From a virus (Duplodnaviria > Heunggongvirae > Uroviricota > Caudoviricetes), in the IMG/VR virus record IMGVR_UViG_2645728048_000034, positions 1-62,864 of that record: DNA of 62,864 nt; one strand, given 5' to 3'. How positions within the stretch are numbered: the stretch's first letter is position 1; each line of letters begins with the position of its first letter. Below the pieces are notes generated by a model that ran no database searches, had not been told where the DNA came from, and saw only the letters and a program-made list of their open reading frames with translations. The position numbers and the translations under genes were made by a program. Of this stretch, positions 30,843-41,076 are shown piece by piece.

Positions 30843-31295
30843 ATGGAATTCGAAATTAAAGGCGTGAAATATCGCACGGCAAAACTCAGCGTTTTTGACC
30901 AGCTGAAAGTGACCCGCAAACTTCTGCCGGTGCTGGCAGGAATGATGTCAGATTTCGGGAGTATTCGCTCCCGTTTGCCTGCTGACGGCAAAATCGACAC
31001 CGTGAAATTCGAACAGTTAAAACCGGTGTTTGAAACCATGCTCCCGCGTATCGCTGAGGAACTGTCTTCCCTGACCGAAGATGACACCGATGCGATTATT
31101 CATCCCTGTCTTGCGGTGGTATCGCGGCGTCATATGGACGGATGGGTGCCGGTATTTACCCAGGGTGAACTGATGTTTGATGATATTGACCTGCTGGTCA
31201 TGCTGCAACTGGTGGCGCGGGTGGTCGCCGATTCGCTGGGAAATTTTTTGCCTACACCCCTTACCAGCACGACGCAGAGCCTGCAACAGGGCTGA
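30843..31295 (+). CDS. Tail assembly chaperone (short form)
   Basis: 150 aa just upstream of tape measure; TTTTTTG slippery site near 3' end. Confidence 0.55.
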   Translation: MEFEIKGVKYRTAKLSVFDQLKVTRKLLPVLAGMMSDFGSIRSRLPADGKIDTVKFEQLKPVFETMLPRIAEELSSLTEDDTDAIIHPCLAVVSRRHMDGWVPVFTQGELMFDDIDLLVMLQLVARVVADSLGNFLPTPLTSTTQSLQQG

Positions 31296-31483
31296 CGTTT
31301 AACAGCCTGCCGGACGGGCTGTCCTACCTTCTCAATCCGGTTGACGCCGGGTTAATTCCTTATACAGCACTTAAAGATGGCTCTGTCGATTTGTATGACA
31401 TTGCTCTCTTGAATGACCATCTGGCGGTAAAAGCGGATAACCAGCGACGCATTGAGAAATGGAGAGAGGATAATGAACGCTGA
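31244..31483 (+). other. -1 frame extension for frameshifted tail assembly chaperone (long form)
   Basis: Frame -1 open from slippery T TTT TTG (31244-31250) to TGA at 31481-31483, read by hand. Confidence 0.4.
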
Positions 31484-33461
31484 AACTATTAAAGATTTCC
31501 TCGTCTCGCTTGGCTTCAGTGTGGATGATGCAGGAGCGAAAAAGTTCGGTTCTGTCCTCGCCGGTACAACTGCAAATGTCATCAAAATGGGGCTGGCTGT
31601 TGAAGGAGCTGCGCTGTCCGTGGTGGCCTTCACGGCTAAGATCGCCTCCGGCCTGGATAATCTTTACTGGGCGTCACAGCGCACCGGCGCGACAGTCCAG
31701 GGAATTCAGTCTATTGGCTATGCGGTTTCGCAGGTTGGCGGCAGCGTGGACGCTGCGCGATCTTCTCTGGAAAGCCTCTCCCGGTTTATTCGTAACAATC
31801 CCGGTGCAGAAGGCTTTCTGAATCGCCTGGGCGTACAGACCCGTGATGCCAGCGGTAACATGCGTGACATGGCCGCTATTTTTACGGGCGTTGGACAGAA
31901 ACTCAGCAGCATGCCGTATTACCGGGCTAACCAGTATGCGCAGATGCTGGGCATTGACGAAAATACCCTTATGGCGATGCGCCGGGGTGTGGGTGGCTTC
32001 TCCGGGCAGTACAGCGCAATGGCGAAAGCTATCGGCTTCAATGCTGACGAGGCGGCCAGAAGCTCCAACAAATTTATGACCTCCCTGCGTGAGTTTGGCG
32101 CGATGGCAGGCATGGCCCGTGACAAAATCGGCTCTAATCTTGCGGGGGGGCTTGCGGGTTCGCTGGACACCCTGCGCCGCCATATCCTGGACAACTTCCC
32201 TCGTATCGAGCAGACCCTGACGAAAGCCATAAAAGGCATTCTGGCGCTCGGGGATATTATTGGGCGGCTGTTCTTCAGACTGATTGAGGGGACATCAGGC
32301 CTTATCACCTGGTGGCAATCGCTGGATAAGCAAACGCGGGAGTTGATCTCGCTGTTTGGCGCACTGACGATTGCGCTGCGCATTCTGAACAGTACGTTCT
32401 GGATGTCGCCGATTGGCCTCATTACCGCGCTGGCGGCGGGTATTGCCCTCCTGTGGGAGGACTATCAGACCTGGAAGGAAGGCGGCGACAGCCTGATTGA
32501 CTGGGGCAAGTGGAAACCGGAGGTCGATGCCGCGCTGAAGATGGTTCGTGACCTTAAAACGACCGTTAACGACCTGGTGAAAGCGCTGGCGAAACTGCTC
32601 AATATTGACCCCAAATCATGGTCCCTGAAGTGGGATTTCAGCAACTTCATCGACCAGATGGGCGAATTCAGCAAAATGCTGAACATGATCGCTGACCTGC
32701 TCAACGCTATCAAAGATGGCCGCTGGGCTGATGCCGTCAGCATCGGCAAACAGATACTTAATCAGGGCAGCGAAAATCCGTCAGCGATGCCGATGGTTAC
32801 AGACAGCGCTAACAGTACTGCCGACTGGATTAAAGAGCACTGGGGATTCGATCCCCGCAGTGTGGGCCGGACGGTACGCGGCTGGTTTGGTGATGATGAG
32901 CCGGAACAACATGCACAGGCTACGAAACGAGGAGAACGGAATAACAATCCGGGAAACCTTAATTTTGCTGGTCAGGCAGGGGCTTCTCTTGAACGCCCGG
33001 GCGGGCGATTTGCCAGATTTGAAACTGCCTTTGATGGATTACGGGCTCTTGCTCGTCAGTTAATGCTGTACGCTGGACGGGGAATAAACAGTGTGGAGAA
33101 AATTATCTCTACCTGGGCTCCTGCGTCTGATAATAACAACACAACTGCGTATATCAGGGCTGTATCGCAACGACTGGGAGTGGATTCCCGGGCTGCCCTG
33201 AATATGAGCGATCCGCAAACCATGTCAGCATTGATGAGCAGCATTATCCAGCATGAGAATGGAAGAAATATCTATTCTCGGGAGCTGATTAATAAGGCTG
33301 CCGTGGCGGGAATTAGTGGCAAAGTGACAGAGGTTAACCAGCAAAATACCTACCACATTTACGGTGGCGGAGATCCGCACGCTGTCGGTAATGAGGTTGC
33401 ACGTCGGCAACAGTCTGCAAATGCTCAGGTCATGCGAAGTAATCAGGTGAGGGTGGGTTAG
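31473..33461 (+). CDS. Tail tape measure protein
   Basis: About 660 aa, repetitive Ala/Gly-rich; start at MNAETIKDF with ggagagagg RBS. Confidence 0.8.
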   Translation: MNAETIKDFLVSLGFSVDDAGAKKFGSVLAGTTANVIKMGLAVEGAALSVVAFTAKIASGLDNLYWASQRTGATVQGIQSIGYAVSQVGGSVDAARSSLESLSRFIRNNPGAEGFLNRLGVQTRDASGNMRDMAAIFTGVGQKLSSMPYYRANQYAQMLGIDENTLMAMRRGVGGFSGQYSAMAKAIGFNADEAARSSNKFMTSLREFGAMAGMARDKIGSNLAGGLAGSLDTLRRHILDNFPRIEQTLTKAIKGILALGDIIGRLFFRLIEGTSGLITWWQSLDKQTRELISLFGALTIALRILNSTFWMSPIGLITALAAGIALLWEDYQTWKEGGDSLIDWGKWKPEVDAALKMVRDLKTTVNDLVKALAKLLNIDPKSWSLKWDFSNFIDQMGEFSKMLNMIADLLNAIKDGRWADAVSIGKQILNQGSENPSAMPMVTDSANSTADWIKEHWGFDPRSVGRTVRGWFGDDEPEQHAQATKRGERNNNPGNLNFAGQAGASLERPGGRFARFETAFDGLRALARQLMLYAGRGINSVEKIISTWAPASDNNNTTAYIRAVSQRLGVDSRAALNMSDPQTMSALMSSIIQHENGRNIYSRELINKAAVAGISGKVTEVNQQNTYHIYGGGDPHAVGNEVARRQQSANAQVMRSNQVRVG

Positions 33462-34048
33462 TGGATATTCTCTCTACACTTTTTCATCAGCAGAGCAGAA
33501 AAATAGGAATGATTGTTCCCAGTGTTGTTATTTCAGAGAAGCATACAGATATGCTTGAAATAACCGAGCATCCGGTAGAGGTCGGGGCCGCTGTCGCTGA
33601 TCATGCCTATAAAAAACCGTCAGAAGTGGTGATGGAGGTTGGTTTCGCCGGTGGCGGCGCATTGCTGGATTTTGCCAGTAACCTGACGGCTACCAGCCTG
33701 CTCGGCCTGAGTCCTCAGCAGACGTATCAGGAGCTACTGGATCTGCAGGAAAGCCGTATCCCCTTCGATGTGGTAACCGGTAAACGGCTGTACAGCAACA
33801 TGTTGATCCGGGCGCTGGAAGTGACGACGGACAAGACAAGCGAAAACGTCCTGTCCGCCGTCCTCACCCTGAGGGAGGTCATTATCTCCCGGACACAGCA
33901 GATTACCGTCGCGGATAAAACCAACATGAAGGAAGGGGCCAGCACGTCGGCGGTACAGAACAGCGGCAACAAAACCACAAAACCTCCAGATACTTCACTG
34001 CTGAAAAGCATCACGGGTAACGTGGCGTCATTACTGGGGGGCGGCTAA
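33461..34048 (+). CDS. Tail/baseplate protein
   Basis: 195-aa ORF, translationally coupled to tape measure. Confidence 0.4.
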   Translation: MDILSTLFHQQSRKIGMIVPSVVISEKHTDMLEITEHPVEVGAAVADHAYKKPSEVVMEVGFAGGGALLDFASNLTATSLLGLSPQQTYQELLDLQESRIPFDVVTGKRLYSNMLIRALEVTTDKTSENVLSAVLTLREVIISRTQQITVADKTNMKEGASTSAVQNSGNKTTKPPDTSLLKSITGNVASLLGGG

Positions 34049-34350
34049 TGACAATTCAGGAAATTCCGCTGACAGCGGACAACCAGCAGTTCAGCATCGT
34101 CCTGGGTGGTGTCACCTGGCGGATTAGCATCATATGGCGCGATCTGTACTGGATTATGGACCTGCAGAACGACAGAGGGGAGCCGGTAATCTCCGGTATT
34201 CCTCTCGTCACTGGTGCTGACCTGCTGGCGCAGTACGCCTGTATGGGGCTTGGTTTTAAGCTGGTGGTGGTCTGTGATGACAACACACAGGATTACCCCA
34301 CAAAAACTGACCTGGGCTGTCGCAGCCATTTACTGGTATCAACGGAGTAA
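34048..34350 (+). CDS. Hypothetical baseplate protein
   Basis: 100-aa ORF. Confidence 0.35.
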   Translation: MTIQEIPLTADNQQFSIVLGGVTWRISIIWRDLYWIMDLQNDRGEPVISGIPLVTGADLLAQYACMGLGFKLVVVCDDNTQDYPTKTDLGCRSHLLVSTE

Positions 34351-34352
34351 GC

Positions 34353-35417
34353 ATGTCACAGAACTGGATGAGACATTTCGAGCTGCAGCTTGTGGACGGG
34401 AACGGTCAGGGAATTGAGCTAAGTGATTTTAAAGTCACCTTTACGATCGACTGGTTCAACATCAGCAGCGCGTCCCGGGTAGGGACTATCAAAATTTATA
34501 ACCTCTCGGCAGATACTGTGAACCGAATCACCGGGCAGGAGTTTTCGAAAGTGCGTCTGATTGCCGGTTACGACGGTATCGCGCCGGAGGTGTCGGCAAG
34601 CGACGTCGGGACCGTGCGGGAAGTTGACGCGGCGGACGTGGGTCAGAGTGATGGCCGCAACTACGGACTGATTTTCAGCGGTGAAATTCGCTACTCGGTC
34701 ACAGGAAAAGACAGTCCGGTTGATTCCTACGTCCTGATTCAGGCAGCAGATACTGATCTGGCTTTTGCCACCAGTATAACCTCACAGACGCTGGCTGCCG
34801 GTTACACGGTCGCTGATGTAAACCGTGCGCTGATGAAAGACTTCGAAGCCAAAGGTGCGACCGAAGGCCTGACGCCTGAAATGCCTGCTACTGTATTCCC
34901 CCGGGGGCGGGTACTCTTTGGCATGACGCGGCATCTAATGGATAACGTAGCCGGGCAATGTGGCGCAACATGGCAATTCGTGGACGGTCAGCGCCAGATG
35001 GTGGCGAATAACGAATATGTTCATGAAGCGATTGTGCTCAACAGCGCTACCGGGCTTATTGGCATGCCGCAGCAGACTATCGGTAACGGCGTAAACGTCC
35101 GCGCGCTTATTAATCCGAACATCCGGGTTAACGGACTCATTCAGCTGGATCAGGCTTCCGTGTATCGTACCGCCTTGTCGAACAACGATATTGCGATGGC
35201 TGGTGGTCAGATCACCGACCAGAACACGGATGGAAATATCACGCTAAGCGGCACCACATCGCAGCCTGCCAGCATCGCAACGGATGGCGTTTATATTGTG
35301 CGCGGTATTATGTACACTGGCGACACAAGGGGCCAGGCGTGGTACATGGATATGATGTGCTTTGCTCGAGGTGCTAGTGATATTCCTAGCCAGTCAGCGA
35401 TGAATCGAGGTGCATAA
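34353..35417 (+). CDS. Baseplate hub-like protein
   Basis: 354-aa ORF between tape measure and spike genes. Confidence 0.45.
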   Translation: MSQNWMRHFELQLVDGNGQGIELSDFKVTFTIDWFNISSASRVGTIKIYNLSADTVNRITGQEFSKVRLIAGYDGIAPEVSASDVGTVREVDAADVGQSDGRNYGLIFSGEIRYSVTGKDSPVDSYVLIQAADTDLAFATSITSQTLAAGYTVADVNRALMKDFEAKGATEGLTPEMPATVFPRGRVLFGMTRHLMDNVAGQCGATWQFVDGQRQMVANNEYVHEAIVLNSATGLIGMPQQTIGNGVNVRALINPNIRVNGLIQLDQASVYRTALSNNDIAMAGGQITDQNTDGNITLSGTTSQPASIATDGVYIVRGIMYTGDTRGQAWYMDMMCFARGASDIPSQSAMNRGA

Positions 35418-35419
35418 TA

Positions 35420-36145
35420 GTGAGCAGGCTTGCGATAACCACAATCGTATTTTCTCTTTTTTTAACTTCATGTAGTTGGGATCCTAATGGTGCTAAAGCG
35501 CAGGAAAAATGGCTATCCCAAAAAAATGAAGAAAAACAAGCGTACGATAAGCAAGTTGAGGAGAGCCAGAAAAGCAGGCTTCAAATACAGCGCGAAGAAA
35601 AGTCTCAATTTGAAGTTTCACATCCAGAGGTTATCGTTGCTGGTGTTGGGAACGAGCTTAAAAGTAAGGGTGCAGAATCTTTGCGAGATGCGTACAACAG
35701 CATTCCATTCGTAACTCGTTATCCGGGAACCACGGACCCTAACAAAGTTTATACCTATGTCGGTGACTACAAATTAAATTTGCAACTGGTTAACACATCT
35801 GTGCTTTCTCAGATCTCAGATTGCAAACGCATTTCAGCGTATGCCGATGTTGATATTAATCGTACTTGCTTCAATCAAATTGGAAATGATTTGAGTTTGT
35901 TTGCATCTGTAATTAAAGACAAAAATATTACTGGAATTGCCAAAAAAGCAGCTCTACGAGATTCAACTTACGGAACCAAAATTGATTTTGGTCATGCTGC
36001 GCGTTTAGCAAAAATGCATGCCACTTTATGCCAAAAGCAGGGCGGTAAAGGATTTGTCAAAATGTCGACTGTAGCTGTGCCTTGCGGCTCTTCAGGCGAT
36101 GTAATTAACTATCGAAGCGCCGGTAAGATGGGGCTTATAAACTGA
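35420..36145 (+). CDS. Lipoprotein (moron) within tail module
   Basis: Signal peptide plus lipobox LFLTSC; AT-rich codons; own terminator downstream. Confidence 0.6.
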   Translation: MSRLAITTIVFSLFLTSCSWDPNGAKAQEKWLSQKNEEKQAYDKQVEESQKSRLQIQREEKSQFEVSHPEVIVAGVGNELKSKGAESLRDAYNSIPFVTRYPGTTDPNKVYTYVGDYKLNLQLVNTSVLSQISDCKRISAYADVDINRTCFNQIGNDLSLFASVIKDKNITGIAKKAALRDSTYGTKIDFGHAARLAKMHATLCQKQGGKGFVKMSTVAVPCGSSGDVINYRSAGKMGLIN

Positions 36146-36166
36146 AAAGATCAAATTAGTCACATA

Positions 36167-36193
36167 AAACCCGCCGGATGGCGGGTTTTTTGC
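36167..36193 (+). terminator. Rho-independent terminator after lipoprotein gene
   Basis: acccgcc-ggat-ggcgggt followed by tttttt. Confidence 0.65.
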
Positions 36194-36210
36194 TTTCTGG
36201 AGCCTACTAA

Positions 36211-36963
36211 ATGGCAGTATCTGACCAGACCCGCTGCGGCGACCTTGCCGAAACATTCAAATCTGAACGGGAAACAACAAAGAACCAGATCCGTGTCGCC
36301 TTGCCTGGCATTATTCAGTCATTCGATCCTGATGCGGTTACGGCAGTTGTGCAGCCTGCTATACGTTCGGTTGAAAAGGATAATGACGGCAACCGCATTA
36401 CCCAAAATTACCCATTGCTGGTGGATGTGCCAGTGGTATTCCCGCGCGGAGGAGGCTGTACGTTGACTTTTCCGGTAAAAGCCAGGGATGAGTGTCTTGT
36501 CGTTTTTGCCGATCGTTGTATTGATTTCTGGTGGCAGAACGGCGGGATACAGGAGCCTGTTGATGACAGAATGCATGATTTATCGGATGCGTTTTGTATT
36601 GTCGGTCCCCAGTCGCAGGCGAGGAAGATTAGCGGTATTAATACCAGTGCCACACAGTTGCGTAGTGACGACGGCAGCACCTATTTTGAGCTTAATCCTG
36701 ACACCAGGAAAATTAAAATTGTCGCTCCGGGTGGTCTTGATGTGGTTGCCCCTCTGGCTGATTTTTCTGAGAAAGTAACCATTCATGGCCTGTTAACCTG
36801 GATGGGTGGCATGGTGGGGTCTGTTGTTTCTGGTGTGGCTTCAAAAATCACTGGTGCTGTTGAGTTCTTGGGGAGCGTTAAGGCTAACGGCAAGTCAATC
36901 GATGATACGCACACTCATGGCGGTGTTCAGCGCGGTGGAAGCAATACCGATGGGGTAAACTGA
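36211..36963 (+). CDS. Baseplate spike/assembly protein V-like
   Basis: 250 aa; position before W-like and J-like genes. Confidence 0.5.
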   Translation: MAVSDQTRCGDLAETFKSERETTKNQIRVALPGIIQSFDPDAVTAVVQPAIRSVEKDNDGNRITQNYPLLVDVPVVFPRGGGCTLTFPVKARDECLVVFADRCIDFWWQNGGIQEPVDDRMHDLSDAFCIVGPQSQARKISGINTSATQLRSDDGSTYFELNPDTRKIKIVAPGGLDVVAPLADFSEKVTIHGLLTWMGGMVGSVVSGVASKITGAVEFLGSVKANGKSIDDTHTHGGVQRGGSNTDGVN

Positions 36964-37316
36964 TGCGATACAGACGTGAAGACGCCGATGGCGATTACAC
37001 CTTTGGCAGCGGTGATGACACCTGGCTGATTAACTCACCGGAGGCCGTGGCGCAGGCGGTAAAAACGCGATTCGAATTGTGGTATGGGCAATGGTTTCTC
37101 GACACCACCGAAGGGACTCCGTGGATCCAGTCCGTGCTCGGAAAGCAGAAGCCGGAAACCTACAACCTGGCGATCCGTAAGCGCATCCTCGAAACGCGGG
37201 GCGTTAAATCAATCCTCTCTTTCAATACGACAGTGGATACCACGACCCGACGTGTCATGTTTTCCGCTGAAATCGACACTCTTTATGGAATAACGACTGT
37301 TACATCGGAGGCGTAA
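36963..37316 (+). CDS. Baseplate protein W/gp25-like
   Basis: 117 aa; ATGA overlap with previous gene. Confidence 0.55.
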   Translation: MRYRREDADGDYTFGSGDDTWLINSPEAVAQAVKTRFELWYGQWFLDTTEGTPWIQSVLGKQKPETYNLAIRKRILETRGVKSILSFNTTVDTTTRRVMFSAEIDTLYGITTVTSEA

Positions 37317-38515
37317 TGGCTCTGAACCTTGATTCTCTCGGTTTATCTGCAAAGGTAACCGCGGAGGGGATCAGTGCGCCTGATTATCAGACGATACTCA
37401 GCACCCTGATTAGCTATTTTCAGCAGATTTATGGCAGTGATGCCTACCTCGAACCGGACAGCAAAGACGGCCAGATGGTGGCTCTGATGGCGCTGGCGAT
37501 TCATGATGCCAATAATATGGCGATAACTGTCTACAACTGTTTTTCACCGGCAACCGGCTATGGGGCTGCACTGACCAGTAACGTGAAAATAAATGGTATT
37601 TCACGTAAAGGCGCGACGAACTCTACGGTTGATTTGCTTCTTGCAGGAACTGCCGGAACAACCATCATTAATGGCAGCGTGAAAGACAGTAATAATGTGA
37701 TATGGCGTTTGCCTGCTTCAGTAGTGGTCGGCGTGGATGGTACAGTGATGGCGACCGCAACATGTTCCGTCAGTGGTGCAGTGGCGGCGCTGGCTGGAAC
37801 TATCACTGAAATTAATACGCCAACCCGTGGCTGGGTTTCGGTAACTAATCCTGCTGCGGCTACTGTGGGCACTCCGGCAGAAACTGACGCGGAGTTACGT
37901 ATCCGTCAGTCGCAAAGTGTTGCGTTGCCATCAATAACCCCATTTGAAGCACTGGATGGTGCTGTTTCTAATGTTACCGGTGTAACCCGCCACAAACTCT
38001 ATGAAAACGATACTGGTTCGGAGGACGGTAACGGGTTACCGCCACACTCTGTTGCTGTAATTGTGGATGGCGGTGATGTGACGGATATTGCTCAGGCTAT
38101 CAGAGGGAATAAAGGCCAGGGGACAGCCACTCACGGTACAACATCCGTTACGGTTCCGGATAAATACGGCAATCCCCATGTAATCAAATTCTCGCGTTCC
38201 AGTGATGTGCCTGTTTATGCCCGGATTAAATTAAAAGTTTTTACGGGTTATACCTCACAGATAGGGCAGCAGATCCAGCAGGCTATTTCCGACTATATCA
38301 ATAGTCTGATGATTGGTGATTCGGTCCTTTTAAGTCGCATTTACTCACCGGCGAATCTTGGCGTGGTGAGTGGCGGGAATGCACGCTATTACGATATTCA
38401 GGAACTGACGATTGGGAAATCCCCGGGGGCTTTGTCGTCATCAAACATTGATATCAGATACAACGAATCTGCGTCCTGTACCCCGGAAAATATCGTTATA
38501 ACGGTGGAGTCATGA
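37316..38515 (+). CDS. Baseplate J-like protein
   Basis: 399 aa; position and size. Confidence 0.65.
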   Translation: MALNLDSLGLSAKVTAEGISAPDYQTILSTLISYFQQIYGSDAYLEPDSKDGQMVALMALAIHDANNMAITVYNCFSPATGYGAALTSNVKINGISRKGATNSTVDLLLAGTAGTTIINGSVKDSNNVIWRLPASVVVGVDGTVMATATCSVSGAVAALAGTITEINTPTRGWVSVTNPAAATVGTPAETDAELRIRQSQSVALPSITPFEALDGAVSNVTGVTRHKLYENDTGSEDGNGLPPHSVAVIVDGGDVTDIAQAIRGNKGQGTATHGTTSVTVPDKYGNPHVIKFSRSSDVPVYARIKLKVFTGYTSQIGQQIQQAISDYINSLMIGDSVLLSRIYSPANLGVVSGGNARYYDIQELTIGKSPGALSSSNIDIRYNESASCTPENIVITVES

Positions 38516-39192
38516 GCAAATACACCGAACTAATCACGAACTACCACGCCACTAAACCTAAATTTCTTGCGCATGTTGATCTGATGACCCGGCCGCTTAT
38601 TGATGTTGCGGCTGCCACCAGAGGGCTGATTACTGCATTTGATATTGACTCTGCGGTTGGTGTGCAACTTGACATTCTGGGATTGTGGATCGGACGTAGC
38701 CGTGTTGTCAGCCAGCCTATCTCAGGTGTCTATTTCAGCTGGGATACCGACGGGCTTGGATATGATCAGGGGGTATGGCAGGGACCATACGATCCTGATT
38801 CCGGATACATGTACCTCAGCGATGAAACTTATCGTGTCATTCTTAAAGCGAAGATTGCGATTAATAACTGGGATGGACGGAATGATTCTCTTCCGGCAAT
38901 TCTTGACGCTGCAACAGCAGGATCCGGGCTGCGAATGCAGATAGTCGATAACCAGGACATGACGATATCGGTCTGGGTCTTTCCTGATACTGATATTTCA
39001 GATGTATCGCGTGAGTTAATTGCGGCAATTAAACAGGGGTATCTCACAGTAAAAGCCGCCGGGGTATGGGCGGGTGGCATTGAAACACCTTCGGTGGAAA
39101 CCCCATCGGAAGGCTCAAAATTTTTTGGTTTTGATATGGATAACGAATTCATCAGTGGTTTTGATGTAGGAGCATGGGGAGTATTACTCTGA
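38512..39192 (+). CDS. Tail protein I-like (baseplate wedge)
   Basis: 226 aa following J-like. Confidence 0.5.
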   Translation: MSKYTELITNYHATKPKFLAHVDLMTRPLIDVAAATRGLITAFDIDSAVGVQLDILGLWIGRSRVVSQPISGVYFSWDTDGLGYDQGVWQGPYDPDSGYMYLSDETYRVILKAKIAINNWDGRNDSLPAILDAATAGSGLRMQIVDNQDMTISVWVFPDTDISDVSRELIAAIKQGYLTVKAAGVWAGGIETPSVETPSEGSKFFGFDMDNEFISGFDVGAWGVLL

Positions 39193-40067
39193 TGGCGAAA
39201 AATGACTTTAAAGCGTTTGCAACGGATCGAAATGCCAATGTTATGTCGCAGGAGGAATGGGAAGCGTTGCCTGCGCTTTTATCCGGATTTACAGCAGGGA
39301 AAGCATCCAGTGCGCAGGTGAACAAAGCCATTCGACAGGCCAGCTTTATTGCTGCAGCTCTGGCCCAGTTTGTAAGTGACAAAACGCAACGGGATGTGCT
39401 TGATAATGGTGATCTGCCCGGTTTTGTTGAATTGCTTGGATCGGGGTTTGCTGTTGAATACCTGAGCCGCAAAAATCCGTTTGGCGATATCAAATCGGAC
39501 GGCACAGTGAAAACGGCTCTCGAAAACCTTGGTTTGGGAGAAGGCTCTGCATTACCGGTTGGGGTGCCTGTTCCGTGGCCTTCAGCCACTCCGCCAACAG
39601 GCTGGCTGAAATGCAATGGTGCGGCTTTTTCTGCTGAAGAATACCCGGAACTGGCAAAGGCTTACCCGACCAATAAATTGCCTGATTTACGCGGTGAATT
39701 TATTCGTGGCTGGGATGATGGACGTGGAGTGGATGCGGGGCGAGCCTTGCTAAGTCTTCAGGATGACTCTTTTGAAGCTCACAGGCATGAGTCCTTTTTT
39801 TACGCGGGTATTTCACGCAATGAAATACCATTAAAAAATCTTCCAAGTTCAGACGAGATGCTGACTTTAAGTTCTACAACTAATGCCTTGTCCCCGGACG
39901 GTATTGATGCCACTAATTCGTTAATTGGTAATGATGATTACAACTGTCTGATTGAAGGAAATAAAAATAACAAACGAACAGCGACGGGGTTGAGTACCAG
40001 TATTGTCGGTGCAGCAGAGACACGCCCACGTAATATTTCATTTAATTACATTGTGAGGGCTGCATGA
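39174..40067 (+). CDS. Tail fibre protein (tail-collar domain)
   Basis: 297 aa; collar-type motif [34 protein letters not shown]. Confidence 0.65.
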   Translation: MGSITLMAKNDFKAFATDRNANVMSQEEWEALPALLSGFTAGKASSAQVNKAIRQASFIAAALAQFVSDKTQRDVLDNGDLPGFVELLGSGFAVEYLSRKNPFGDIKSDGTVKTALENLGLGEGSALPVGVPVPWPSATPPTGWLKCNGAAFSAEEYPELAKAYPTNKLPDLRGEFIRGWDDGRGVDAGRALLSLQDDSFEAHRHESFFYAGISRNEIPLKNLPSSDEMLTLSSTTNALSPDGIDATNSLIGNDDYNCLIEGNKNNKRTATGLSTSIVGAAETRPRNISFNYIVRAA

Positions 40068-40669
40068 TGTATAATGCCATCTTGAATAGTAAATTTATTG
40101 CCACAAAGGCAGGAGAGATTACCGTTTATAACTATGACAGTGAGACACGGGAGTATATTTCTGCATCAACTGAATATCTTGCTGTGGGTGTCGGTATCCC
40201 TGCATATTCCTGTTTAGATGCTCCTGGCACACATAAGGCGGGTTATGCAATCTGCCGTTCGGCAGATTTAAACTCATGGGAATATGTGTCAGACCATCGC
40301 GGTGAAATCATCTATAGCACCGAAACAGGAGAATCGAAAGAAATCACAGCTCCGGGTGATTATCCTGAAAATACAACCACTATCGCCCCGTTAACGCCAT
40401 ACGATGAATGGGATGGTGAGAAATGGGTAACAGATACTGTGGCACAGCATAGCGCCGCAGTAGGCGCGGCAGAAGCACAGCGTCAGTCACTGATTGATAC
40501 TGCAATGGCTTCCATTAGTCTGATTCAGCTGAAATTGCAGGCCGGACGGAATCTGACGCAGGCAGAAACCGCCCGACTTAACGCTGCGCTGGATTACATT
40601 GACGCGGTGACGGCAACAGATACGAGCACCGCGCCGGATGTCATCTGGCCTGAACTGCCGGAGGCGTAG
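40064..40669 (+). CDS. Tail fibre assembly protein (Tfa)
   Basis: 201 aa; conserved Tfa C-terminus [24 protein letters not shown]. Confidence 0.65.
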   Translation: MMYNAILNSKFIATKAGEITVYNYDSETREYISASTEYLAVGVGIPAYSCLDAPGTHKAGYAICRSADLNSWEYVSDHRGEIIYSTETGESKEITAPGDYPENTTTIAPLTPYDEWDGEKWVTDTVAQHSAAVGAAEAQRQSLIDTAMASISLIQLKLQAGRNLTQAETARLNAALDYIDAVTATDTSTAPDVIWPELPEA

Positions 40670-41075
40670 GCCATTCAATATCTGGAGCACTGGAGGTATC
40701 AACCAGTTCCAGTGCGTCCAGATAATCCAGCCACAAATTATATTGCGCCAGTTCCTCACCTTTCAGACGACCAATAGCCGCTTTACCAGGCCATTGCTTG
40801 GTATTCATATATTCGTTGGACTGATTAATCAATTGCTGTTTTTTCAATTCGGCTGCGGCAATCTGTTCCTCATGCGTTGGTGGTGGAATTTCAGACCATG
40901 CAGGAAAACCATTTTCCCCAGCGATACGGATTTTTCCTTTCGGCGGTAATCCGGAAAACTCAATATACACCTGCTCATCAACTTCAACAGCATCATCTGG
41001 CCATGAATTTACATTGATGTAGTCATCCTTAAGCGCAGGATTCACAAAAATATTTAAAGATGGACTAAAAAACAC
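40641..41075 (-). CDS. G: P2 G-like tail fibre assembly protein
   Basis: Tfa C-terminus [21 protein letters not shown]; follows H; 3' end overlaps the + strand tfa by 29 nt. Confidence 0.7.
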   Translation of the reverse strand: MFFSPSLNIFVNPALKDDYINVNSWPDDAVEVDEQVYIEFSGLPPKGKIRIAGENGFPAWSEIPPPTHEEQIAAAELKKQQLINQSNEYMNTKQWPGKAAIGRLKGEELAQYNLWLDYLDALELVDTSSAPDIEWPTPPAVQAR

Positions 41076-41076
41076 A

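Larger units (their letters stand above)
604..40669 (+). mobile_element. Lambdoid prophage (Rac/Qin-like early region, Mu/SfV-like myovirus structural module)
   Basis: Continuous int-xis-recET-immunity-replication-Q-lysis-terminase-head-tail gene order; right end abuts P2-like genes with no recognisable attR. Confidence 0.75.
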
